From: an uncultured euryarchaeote
Lineage (GTDB): Archaea > Thermoplasmatota > Poseidoniia > Poseidoniales > Poseidoniaceae
Reading direction: 5' to 3'
Assembly (NCBI GenBank): GCA_963991835.1
Contig: CAXDRT010000003.1
Coordinates: forward strand, 1-41,364
Length of the DNA stretch: 41,364 bases
The notes under the pieces were generated by a model. It searched no databases and was not told the DNA's origin. It was given only the letters and a program-made list of their open reading frames with translations. The position numbers and the translations under genes are program-made. Positions 19,116 through 27,341 of this stretch are shown here, in pieces; the first letter of the stretch is position 1; every line of letters starts with the position of its first letter.

Positions 19116-19183
19116 TAATCATTCTATAGAAATAAATCGATTCGGATTTACCTGCCTTTTCAGGGGACTTGAGAGAGGGATGC

Positions 19184-19192
19184 TTCATAAAG
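19184..19192 (+). promoter_or_regulatory. Putative TATA-like element for the actin gene
   Basis: TTCATAAAG 40 nt upstream of ATG 19224, preceded by a purine-rich tract. Confidence 0.45.
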
Positions 19193-19223
19193 TGGGTGGA
19201 TGTCCGTAAAATAGGCGAACGCT

Positions 19224-20249
19224 ATGGCTGAAGACGTATTGTATATTGGAATTGACTTGGGGACTTTCCGCTCCGTAATGGTTTCATCAGGAAATCACGA
19301 AGAAGAAGAACTAACTGTAATTGGAACACCTAAAGATCCTATTGCTCGAAACTTTTTGAAGAGAGATGTACTCTTTGGAGAAGAAGCACTCAAGAACCGT
19401 TTGGCTCTCAACCTTTTCAGACCCCTCGAGCTTGGTGTCATTAAAGATACTAAAGAAGACAGAGAATTCATTGCTCACTTCATCACCCATCTTATTGGAC
19501 TCTCAGATCCTGAAGACCACAATCGTGTTGTCGCTGTCATCGGGGCTCCTGCAGAAGCAAGCCACGTTGACAAGACTGCAATTTTCGATGCAGCAGCCGG
19601 ATCAGTTAACGCTGCAATGATTATTTCTGAACCATTCGCAGTTGCATACGCACTGGACATGATTGAGCACACACTCGTTATCGACATTGGAGCAGGAACA
19701 ACTGACCTTTGCCGTGTGTATGGAACAATCCCAGGACCAGGTGATCAGATGCACACTGGATACGCTGGAGACTATGTTGACGCACAAATCATCAAGGAAG
19801 TTCAATCCAAGTACAACGGTGCTCAAATCACCAAGGATATGGCTCGCCGATGGAAGGAACAGTACTCCTTTGTATCAACATCAACACCAGATGATCCAAT
19901 TATGGTTGATTTCTCCATTGAAGGAAAGGCAATGACGCTCGACATTACAGATTGCATGCAACGTGCTTGCGAATCAATAGTTGAACCAATTGTCGATAAC
20001 GTCAAGAAGCTTATCGCTGACTCAAACCCTGAATACCACGACGAATTCCGTCGAAACATGGTGCTCGCAGGTGGCGGTTCTGGAATCCGTGGACTCGGTG
20101 CTCTCATCGAACGACGACTCTCGGACATGGGAGACGTCAACGTGCACGTTGTCGATGACCCAGTACGTCTCGGTGCAATGGGAGGTCTCAGACTCGCTAT
20201 GGAAGTTCCAGAAGAGATGTGGAAGAACCTCACCCTTGCTTCGACATGA
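19224..20249 (+). CDS. Actin-family ATPase, MamK-like
   Basis: GIDLGT, SEPFA, DIGAGTTD and AGGGS actin motifs, plus MamK-type segments (G.PKD.I, AVIG.PA.AS, G..PGP.DQ, KEQ.SFV, LRLA.E.P...W). Confidence 0.9.
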   Translation: MAEDVLYIGIDLGTFRSVMVSSGNHEEEELTVIGTPKDPIARNFLKRDVLFGEEALKNRLALNLFRPLELGVIKDTKEDREFIAHFITHLIGLSDPEDHNRVVAVIGAPAEASHVDKTAIFDAAAGSVNAAMIISEPFAVAYALDMIEHTLVIDIGAGTTDLCRVYGTIPGPGDQMHTGYAGDYVDAQIIKEVQSKYNGAQITKDMARRWKEQYSFVSTSTPDDPIMVDFSIEGKAMTLDITDCMQRACESIVEPIVDNVKKLIADSNPEYHDEFRRNMVLAGGGSGIRGLGALIERRLSDMGDVNVHVVDDPVRLGAMGGLRLAMEVPEEMWKNLTLAST

Positions 20250-20260
20250 TCGTGGTCTAG

Positions 20261-20929
20261 ATGAAAAAGGGGCTTGTGATTGCTGGCAGTATTCTATCTG
20301 CCGTGTGTATAATAGTTGCCTTGATTAGTCTCTTTGCAGCAATTGGTTTTGAACCTGAATCAGATAATATTCTCCACGATACAAGGACAGATGGTACTAC
20401 CTACAACTTTGACGAGGGCGATTCTTTCGTTCTGCAAGTGTATGCAATAGGTTCCGTAAATTGTGAAGATTTTACAGTATCTGTCATTGGGCCTGATGAT
20501 CAATCGTATGAATATTTCAAACCTGTTTGTGATGAAGTATTTGACACGACTGAATACACGTATCTAGGAGATTTATCAATCTCTGAATCTGGTACATACG
20601 AAATAGAAGCAACTGGAGACATTGTAATTACAAATGCCAATAGTATAGGTATTGGTGGAATTGTCTCAATGGTTAGTTGTGGATGTTGTTTCATTGGATT
20701 AATTTTACTGATTGTGGGACTTGTCACTGGAAAGCCAAAACCACAAGTGATGATGGTCCAACCTGATGGCACCATAATGGCAGTACAAGGACAATTTGTA
20801 CAACAAACTCCAATGAGTGGACAGGTCTCTAATCAACCTCAACAAGTGGTTGCTCAATCACAACAAAATGTACCTCAAGAAACTTCTTTGGAAGAATATA
20901 GTTTTGAGCAAAAGAACGAATGGGAGTAG
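20261..20929 (+). CDS. Two-TM membrane protein with beta-rich loop and Gln-rich tail
   Basis: N-terminal TM, acidic beta domain, Cys-rich TM (SCGCC), Q/P-rich tail. Confidence 0.75.
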   Translation: MKKGLVIAGSILSAVCIIVALISLFAAIGFEPESDNILHDTRTDGTTYNFDEGDSFVLQVYAIGSVNCEDFTVSVIGPDDQSYEYFKPVCDEVFDTTEYTYLGDLSISESGTYEIEATGDIVITNANSIGIGGIVSMVSCGCCFIGLILLIVGLVTGKPKPQVMMVQPDGTIMAVQGQFVQQTPMSGQVSNQPQQVVAQSQQNVPQETSLEEYSFEQKNEWE

Positions 20930-20935
20930 ATTCCT

Positions 20936-21655
20936 ATGTGGACGAAAGAGACCAAAGTGGTCATCTTAACTGGTGCTGGAATAAGTGCTGAATCAGGCAT
21001 TCGAACCTTCAGAGCTTCAGATGGATTATGGGAAGAGCATAGAATAGAGGATGTTGCAACACCAATGGGTTGGGAAAGAAATCCTCAACTTGTCTGGGAT
21101 TTTTATCAAGCAAGACGGCGCCAGTTGTTCGAAGTTAAACCAAATCCAGGACATACCGCACTTACAACCTTAGAGGAATTTCTTGATGATATGCTTCTCG
21201 TCACTCAAAATGTCGACAATCTCCATGGGTGTGCTGGTTCAAAAAATCTGATTCACATACATGGAGAGCTCGAGAAGTTACGTTGTGAAGAGTGTTACCA
21301 TGTCGACGTAATGATGGAACCACAAGATCTAGGCACATCATTCGTGTCATGTCCTGTATGTACGAATACAATGATGCGTCCTCACATCGTTTGGTTTCAT
21401 GAAATGCCAATGCAAATGGCTGAAATCGAGAAGGCTTTGAATCAATGTGATGTTTTCATTGCAATTGGTACAAGTGGACACGTGTACCCAGCTGCTGGTT
21501 TTCTTGCATCGGCAAAACAACAGGGATCATATTGCATTGGTATCAACCTTGATGCACCATTAAATTACGATCTCTTCGATGAATTTCATCAAGGTAAAGC
21601 TGGTGAAATTCTGCCTGAACTTGTTCATCAATGGATTAATACCGAGCAACCATAG
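20936..21655 (+). CDS. cobB: NAD-dependent protein deacylase (class III sirtuin)
   Basis: GAGISAESGIRTFR, FYxxRR, TQNVDNLH, HG, CxxC..CxxC, RPHIVWF and GTSGHVYPAAG motifs. Confidence 0.95.
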   Translation: MWTKETKVVILTGAGISAESGIRTFRASDGLWEEHRIEDVATPMGWERNPQLVWDFYQARRRQLFEVKPNPGHTALTTLEEFLDDMLLVTQNVDNLHGCAGSKNLIHIHGELEKLRCEECYHVDVMMEPQDLGTSFVSCPVCTNTMMRPHIVWFHEMPMQMAEIEKALNQCDVFIAIGTSGHVYPAAGFLASAKQQGSYCIGINLDAPLNYDLFDEFHQGKAGEILPELVHQWINTEQP

Positions 21656-21666
21656 GGGTGATTATT

Positions 21667-22164
21667 ATGTCAGAAACACTAGTTACAGGAATCATCATAT
21701 TTTTGGTAATTTTAGTCCGAGGTTTCCAGTTTTGGAAACGATCTGGTCATGATATCGATGAACTGAAAGAGGTTGTCTCAACGATGGAAGCAAGCCACAA
21801 AACCAATAAAAATGTCTTTGGAAGTGAACCCCTTCATGTTCGATCAGTTATCAATAGCAAGGAAGAAACCTGGACATTGAAGTCTTCAAATGATGTTATG
21901 AAGATATTAGAATCCCAATATCCTTGTAAAGGCATAATTTATTTTGAAGATTCAAATGAGGATGGGATTCATTTAGTGTATACAACCATTGAAGAAAATA
22001 GTAATGCGATTATGAACATCAGTGCAAAGAATGGAAGTGCAATAATCGAGGAAGGTGAATTTAACATGGATCATGAGTCACCAGCTGGTGTTTTTCAAAT
22101 CATAAATACACTCCTTAGAGAAAGGACCAAGAAAGAAGAACTTGATGATTTGTTTAAAAATTGA
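21667..22164 (+). CDS. Hypothetical single-TM protein
   Basis: GGGGTG RBS; N-terminal hydrophobic helix; soluble remainder. Confidence 0.6.
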   Translation: MSETLVTGIIIFLVILVRGFQFWKRSGHDIDELKEVVSTMEASHKTNKNVFGSEPLHVRSVINSKEETWTLKSSNDVMKILESQYPCKGIIYFEDSNEDGIHLVYTTIEENSNAIMNISAKNGSAIIEEGEFNMDHESPAGVFQIINTLLRERTKKEELDDLFKN

Positions 22165-22211
22165 CTCTCAGAAATAGTTATTATAATACGCTTGAGACTA
22201 TTACAATAAAT

Positions 22212-22853
22212 GTGGCACAGTTCTATGTCAATCCTCCTCGGACTACTGGAGGTAGTCCATCTGCAATTTGGTGGGCCGTTTTTGCACTGAGCGTTATGCT
22301 CTATGTTATTGGAATAGGCACTGGAATAATGGAACTCGGTGGTGTTGCATGCTGTTCAGGATTCATCACAGGTATTGTAGCTCTTTCACTTACATTTAAT
22401 GGAAGAAGGCAAACGATGATTGTTCAAACCATCCCACAAATCGCTGTTGGTCCTATTGCTCCACAGATGTATGCCCAGCAAAGCCCTCAACCTCAAGTTA
22501 GACAACAACCTGCTAGCAGAGTTATATCTTCACCACCAAACAAACCTCCTGCACCAAATATGGCAAATTCAGTTGCGAAACAAGCAAAAAATCTAGAACT
22601 GGCAAGGGATTTTGAAGGCGCTGCAAAACTATACCAAAAGGCGGGATTATTTGGGGAAGCAGGGCGTATTCGCAAAGAATATCTAGAAAAAAATGATTCA
22701 CCGATGGTTCAAATCGGGCATGTAGGTGATTCTATAGTCCGCGATTCAGTGGTTATGAATGAGCCTAATTCGACCGAACAGTGCAAAAGTTGCGGAATCC
22801 AAATCCAGCCTGATTGGAAATTCTGTCCAGGATGCAATTCTTCAATTCCTTGA
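22212..22853 (+). CDS. Membrane protein with P/Q-rich linker and C-terminal zinc ribbon
   Basis: Two TMs, P/Q linker, short TPR-like helices, CKSCG...FCPGC; GTG start chosen from TTATAA 31 nt upstream (ORF track starts at 22161). Confidence 0.68.
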   Translation: MAQFYVNPPRTTGGSPSAIWWAVFALSVMLYVIGIGTGIMELGGVACCSGFITGIVALSLTFNGRRQTMIVQTIPQIAVGPIAPQMYAQQSPQPQVRQQPASRVISSPPNKPPAPNMANSVAKQAKNLELARDFEGAAKLYQKAGLFGEAGRIRKEYLEKNDSPMVQIGHVGDSIVRDSVVMNEPNSTEQCKSCGIQIQPDWKFCPGCNSSIP

Positions 22854-22870
22854 TTTGGGATAGACACAAA

Positions 22871-23512
22871 TCATTCTTCTTCCCAACCATGACGAGATGC
22901 GAGATCTCTACTCACAAGTGGTTGGTTACAGTGAGGGCAGGTATCTGCAGGTGAAAGAAGGTCTGGACGGATTGCGAGAACTGCCATACAGTTTGGACAT
23001 GCTGCAAGCATCTCTCCGTCCATTAAACTGGCCTCAGGAGTTGGGACAAATGTATGATATCCCTGCTTATACAATGGTGAGAAATGATAACGCATTCTAT
23101 TGAATGAACTGTAGGATGCGTAGCCCATAATCAACAAGAAGAGAATTGAGCCAACCGAACCCAAGATCACATTGTAGAGATTCAGCAAGAACAATAGGAA
23201 AAACAGTAATGATGCCAGTGTCAGAATAATTGCACCTGGCCAATATGCCCACGTCCTTCGTGACCGATAGGAGAACCAAGTTGAAGTTGTTGCAAAAAGT
23301 GGGATGGCCCAAATTAACATCGATAATCTGCCCAAGTATTGTTGAGATACGCTCGCAATATCCCAAGCAATAAGAACGATGATTAGACTATCAATGGCTA
23401 AGACTAGCGATGTACTGCGATGAGTTTGGTCAAACAATGTGGAAAGTGTCATCGAGGCTTGTTGGCCACCAGAACCTGCGAGAACGATGTCTCCACTTCG
23501 GTCCCCTGCCAT
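22871..23512 (-). CDS. Four-TM membrane protein with C-terminal zinc ribbon
   Basis: Four hydrophobic segments, then CPNC...CPHC. Confidence 0.72.
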   Translation of the reverse strand: MAGDRSGDIVLAGSGGQQASMTLSTLFDQTHRSTSLVLAIDSLIIVLIAWDIASVSQQYLGRLSMLIWAIPLFATTSTWFSYRSRRTWAYWPGAIILTLASLLFFLLFLLNLYNVILGSVGSILFLLIMGYASYSSFNRMRYHFSPLYKQGYHTFVPTPEASLMDGEMLAACPNCMAVLAIRPDLLSPADTCPHCNQPLVSRDLASRHGWEEE

Positions 23513-23590
23513 ATCATGGGCTGTAGGTCACCAATCAAGAATGCTTGTGTTGAACGAAGAAGTCATGATAGACAAGCCTCTCGCAGGTAC

Positions 23591-24787
23591 ATGACCGTGG
23601 GGGATACCGGTGTTGAAATGAAGGGCTCTAGCCTTTCAGGACATCGAATCATCGTAGGTGTCACAGGAGGGATTGCAGCTGTTGATACAGTACGCCTCCT
23701 TCGTGAATTACGTCGCCATGGTGCAGAACTGCTGGTCATTATGACTGAGTCTGCTCAACGCGTTATCACTCCCTTGGCTGTCGAATGGGCGAGTCAATGT
23801 GAGGTAATTACAGATTGGGATGGTGATATGAAGCAACTCGAAGATGCGGATGCGATTCTTGTTGCCCCAGCAACAAGAAACACAATTGCAGCTCATCTCC
23901 ATGGAATGCAACAAGGGCCCCTTTTGATGGCTCTCAGTGCTGCTCGTTCACGCAACACCCATGTGTTAATGGTACCAAGTATGCATGGAGATTTAGCATC
24001 AGATCCAGTAACTGATGACATTGTAGATCGCCTTAGAGAGGAAGAAATCGATGTTATGTGGGGTGATTTAGAAGAGGGGAAACGGAAAACTCCAGATCAT
24101 GAGCATATAGTTGCACGATTTGCACATGGCATTAATTCCCACAAAAACAATAGAAAGAGTGTCGTTGTCACCTTAGGAGGTACATACTCACCTATTGATG
24201 ACATCCGTGGAATTCAAAATACAAGTTCTGGAAAAACTGGGTATCAGATTGCAGATGACATGTATAGACATGGACATGATATCACCTGTGTTGTTGGTAA
24301 AACCTCAGTAACGATGCCTGAATGGTTGCCCCTCTGCATACAAGCCCCTCAGCCACAAACAATGCTCAAGGAATTGATGGCTATTGCCAATGATGATATC
24401 GATGCTTGGGTCCATACTGCAGCAGTATTGGATTATGTTGTTGAAACTCCTGCAAGTGGAAAACTTGCAAGTCAACAGGGGCCACTTGAGATCACACTTG
24501 TTGAAGGTGAAAAGCACATTTTTGAATTGAAATCCAAAACACAAGGTGCGACCAGAATTGGGTTCAAACTCGAGTCTGGCATCAAGCAACGTGATCTTAT
24601 TCATCGAGCTGTTGCCCAAATTGAGCATTCAGGTATGACTGCTGTTGTTGCAAATCGATTAGAGGATCTCAATGATTCTTCAAAACCAAGAGGATATCTT
24701 GTCGATAAGCAAGGCAGTCACTTTGTGTTAAACAACGATATTGATCTTTGTGATGCACTACGAACCATCATTGAACGAGGAGATTAA
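23591..24787 (+). CDS. coaBC: Bifunctional phosphopantothenoylcysteine decarboxylase/synthase
   Basis: GVTGGIAA, VAPAT.NT, PSMH, ID.IR.I.N.SSGK.G, AAV.DY, GFKLE and VVAN motifs. Confidence 0.92.
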   Translation: MTVGDTGVEMKGSSLSGHRIIVGVTGGIAAVDTVRLLRELRRHGAELLVIMTESAQRVITPLAVEWASQCEVITDWDGDMKQLEDADAILVAPATRNTIAAHLHGMQQGPLLMALSAARSRNTHVLMVPSMHGDLASDPVTDDIVDRLREEEIDVMWGDLEEGKRKTPDHEHIVARFAHGINSHKNNRKSVVVTLGGTYSPIDDIRGIQNTSSGKTGYQIADDMYRHGHDITCVVGKTSVTMPEWLPLCIQAPQPQTMLKELMAIANDDIDAWVHTAAVLDYVVETPASGKLASQQGPLEITLVEGEKHIFELKSKTQGATRIGFKLESGIKQRDLIHRAVAQIEHSGMTAVVANRLEDLNDSSKPRGYLVDKQGSHFVLNNDIDLCDALRTIIERGD

Positions 24788-24788
24788 C

Positions 24789-25394
24789 GTGCGATATTTT
24801 GCACTTGTAGGCCATCGTGCTATGAGCAAAGGAAAACTTCCACTAAATGATTTAGCAGGAGGTGCTGGAAGGATGGACGTCCTTATTCGTGGATTGATGG
24901 CAGGATTGTTGACATCACATGGAATTCGAGATGATGTCGTAGTTATTCTTCATCTTCAAGGAGGACCTGGTCCTCATCGGCGATTGAAATTTGTTGGCTC
25001 GGAATTGAAAGGCTTTCATGCAGAAGAACGAAGCGTGGCTGGATTGATTGCCAAATCGATCAAGGAACCTATGCCAGCAATTGGCCAATGGATTGAACGA
25101 AGCCCTGGCGTATATGACGGAGGGGGAACGTTAGAACGTACACTGAAGGAATGGGAGAATGTACATCTGATTCGTCTCGATGCAGAGGCAGAGAGATTGT
25201 GGAAAGAATCTGCAAACCTGCCATCGGATTCAAATCCGAATCCCATGGATATCGCATTTGTGCTTTCAGATGACCTTCCACTCGAGATTGATGATGGAAT
25301 TCCAAGATCACTCGGAGCTACATGGCTCCAAGGACATCTTGCAATTGGATTATGTCATTTCTTATTGGATGAACATGTTCAACTCAACCTCTGA
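24789..25394 (+). CDS. trmY: tRNA (pseudouridine54-N1)-methyltransferase (SPOUT)
   Basis: LNDLAGGAGRMDVL.R, SHGIR, EERS, FVLSD and SLG..WL motifs; GTG start after GAGGAG. Confidence 0.88.
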   Translation: MRYFALVGHRAMSKGKLPLNDLAGGAGRMDVLIRGLMAGLLTSHGIRDDVVVILHLQGGPGPHRRLKFVGSELKGFHAEERSVAGLIAKSIKEPMPAIGQWIERSPGVYDGGGTLERTLKEWENVHLIRLDAEAERLWKESANLPSDSNPNPMDIAFVLSDDLPLEIDDGIPRSLGATWLQGHLAIGLCHFLLDEHVQLNL

Positions 25395-26364
25395 GCCACA
25401 ACGGGAACCCATCTGTGCCCTGCTTGAGGGCGTGTGAAAGCAATTCATCGTCTAGAGCAAGCGGGTGGGTCTGAGGCCAATTCGCTAGTGAGGATATGCT
25501 TGCAAAGTGGTTTGCGATAGAGTCACAATCTCCTTTGGAAACTGATTCGCTATCGATGTATGCAGCACCTATTGTAAATCGTGCCTCGACTGTACCGTCA
25601 AGATCTTCATCGCCAAATTGTACTGCGTCTCTGTACCAACGCATGCCTAATCTGGTTGTTTGGAATTTACTATTCCATGTTGGAGGGACATTGATGTTGA
25701 TCATCAGTTCACCATTTTGAAAGGCATGCAGGAGCATCTCCATCGCATCATCATTCTCCCTAACTCCTGAGTAATCCGGCCACTTCGAGACATGAAAAGC
25801 ATCAGCATCTATATGCGGTCTGCAGAGATTTTTAGGAACCAATGGAAGAACGTCAAGAACACGTTCAATCAATTGAACAGACCCTTCAATGCCTTGTTCC
25901 ATCCCTTCGAGTTCGAAGGATGTAAAGGAACATGCAATTGCTGGCATTCCATACAATCCTGCCTCCCTTGCCGCACCGATTGTCCCACTATGACAGGAGT
26001 CTTGGGAAAGATTAGGGCCTAAATTAACACCTGAGACGACCAAAGAAGGTACAGTTCCTGGCAGCACCTTCTCTAAACCCCCATCGAGAGCTACAATCAT
26101 TGTATCACATGGCGTACCATCCAGAGAAAAGAGATGACAACCTACAGATGCGTCTAAGTTCCAATTAGCAACAAGATCTTCTCTGTTGTGTAAATCCATT
26201 GGTTTACCCAAGTTAATCTGCATACTGCACGCTGATTTGTTCAATGATGGAGCAAAAGCAATGATGGGAATCCCCCTTTGATTTAGAGACTTTACCAGAA
26301 GTTCAAATCCAGGCGCTTCGATTCCATCATCATTTGTCAATAAAACCCATTTCTTTGACATCAT
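25384..26364 (-). CDS. surE: 5'/3'-nucleotidase SurE
   Basis: LLTNDDGI.APG, GTP.D, VVSGVN.G.N, SGT.GAA.EA and NINVP motifs. Confidence 0.92.
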   Translation of the reverse strand: MMSKKWVLLTNDDGIEAPGFELLVKSLNQRGIPIIAFAPSLNKSACSMQINLGKPMDLHNREDLVANWNLDASVGCHLFSLDGTPCDTMIVALDGGLEKVLPGTVPSLVVSGVNLGPNLSQDSCHSGTIGAAREAGLYGMPAIACSFTSFELEGMEQGIEGSVQLIERVLDVLPLVPKNLCRPHIDADAFHVSKWPDYSGVRENDDAMEMLLHAFQNGELMININVPPTWNSKFQTTRLGMRWYRDAVQFGDEDLDGTVEARFTIGAAYIDSESVSKGDCDSIANHFASISSLANWPQTHPLALDDELLSHALKQGTDGFPLWLRG

Positions 26365-27341
26365 ATATCCACTCCTTGTCCATCTGGTCTATCAAAGCCT
26401 GTTTGATTAGAGAGGTGTTCACCATAGATTATTGATACAATTCCAAGCAACAGAATCGGTCCACCAACCCACGTCCATAACCCAGGAACACCAGTTGAAA
26501 AGAATAACCAACCAATGATTGAGCCAATGACTGGTTCAAGAGTTACGCTGATCGAAATTAGAAGTGGAGAAATATACTTCAAACAGTAGTTTAATCCAGT
26601 ATGGCCAAGAATTCCTGCAATGAAAGCGAGAAGCAAAAACCACCAGAGTGTCGAGTGTGTAACGTATCCAAATGCTCCAAATGAACTGAAGTTTCCTTCG
26701 AGGATGTATGATGCAGGAATAAGCAATAGCCCTCCAATCAACGTTACAGGGAAGGCATAGAGGAACAACGGCATCCATTCCCGTAATATGCGGCCACAAA
26801 CAATGTAGCCTACAACGAAAACGGCTCCAAAGAAGGCTAATTGATCTCCAAAGAATGTAACAGAATGCTCTCCTTGAACATCTCCCGCATCAAGCAATGA
26901 AATTCCTGCACCAGTGAAGGCAGCAATACCCCCAATTAGTTCCATTCGACTTGGCTTTCGAACAAAGAAGAACATGCCAACAAGAATTACAAGCGGATGA
27001 GCAGTAACAAAGAGAAGAGAATGTGTAAGTGATGTATGATCTAATGATGTAACCCAGAATCCGAAGTGGAGGGCAAGAAAGAATCCACTTCCGATGAGTA
27101 TCAGCAGAGTCTTAGGTTCAAAGACTCTCTTTCTAACCACCGATTCGGTTGTAAACCATTGCCAAAAGGCGAGTGGTGCAAGCAATAAGGCCGTAAGTTG
27201 TAATCTCCATGAAGCACGTAATAATGGTGGAATCTGATCCACATGTGTGAAGATAGCTCCTGCACTTGAAACACCAAATATTGCGATTCCTAATACAACC
27301 CAAACAAATGATGGGACGTTTGACCCACTCATGTGGTTCAC
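26361..27341 (-). CDS. DMT/EamA family permease
   Basis: About ten TMs; LALHF..W..SL, GHT..N and EPV motifs; start may be 27332. Confidence 0.87.
   Translation of the reverse strand: MNHMSGSNVPSFVWVVLGIAIFGVSSAGAIFTHVDQIPPLLRASWRLQLTALLLAPLAFWQWFTTESVVRKRVFEPKTLLILIGSGFFLALHFGFWVTSLDHTSLTHSLLFVTAHPLVILVGMFFFVRKPSRMELIGGIAAFTGAGISLLDAGDVQGEHSVTFFGDQLAFFGAVFVVGYIVCGRILREWMPLFLYAFPVTLIGGLLLIPASYILEGNFSSFGAFGYVTHSTLWWFLLLAFIAGILGHTGLNYCLKYISPLLISISVTLEPVIGSIIGWLFFSTGVPGLWTWVGGPILLLGIVSIIYGEHLSNQTGFDRPDGQGVDI

Noticed and set aside
19116-19165. Palindrome TTCTATAGAA (also at 5077-5086) and hairpin TAAATC...GATTTA
   Set aside because: Short and AT-rich; the other copy lies inside a coding sequence. 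It could be a terminator, but support is too weak to call.
19224-20249. Magnetosome island
   Set aside because: No mamA, B, E, M, Q or other magnetosome genes, and no mobility genes, in the window.
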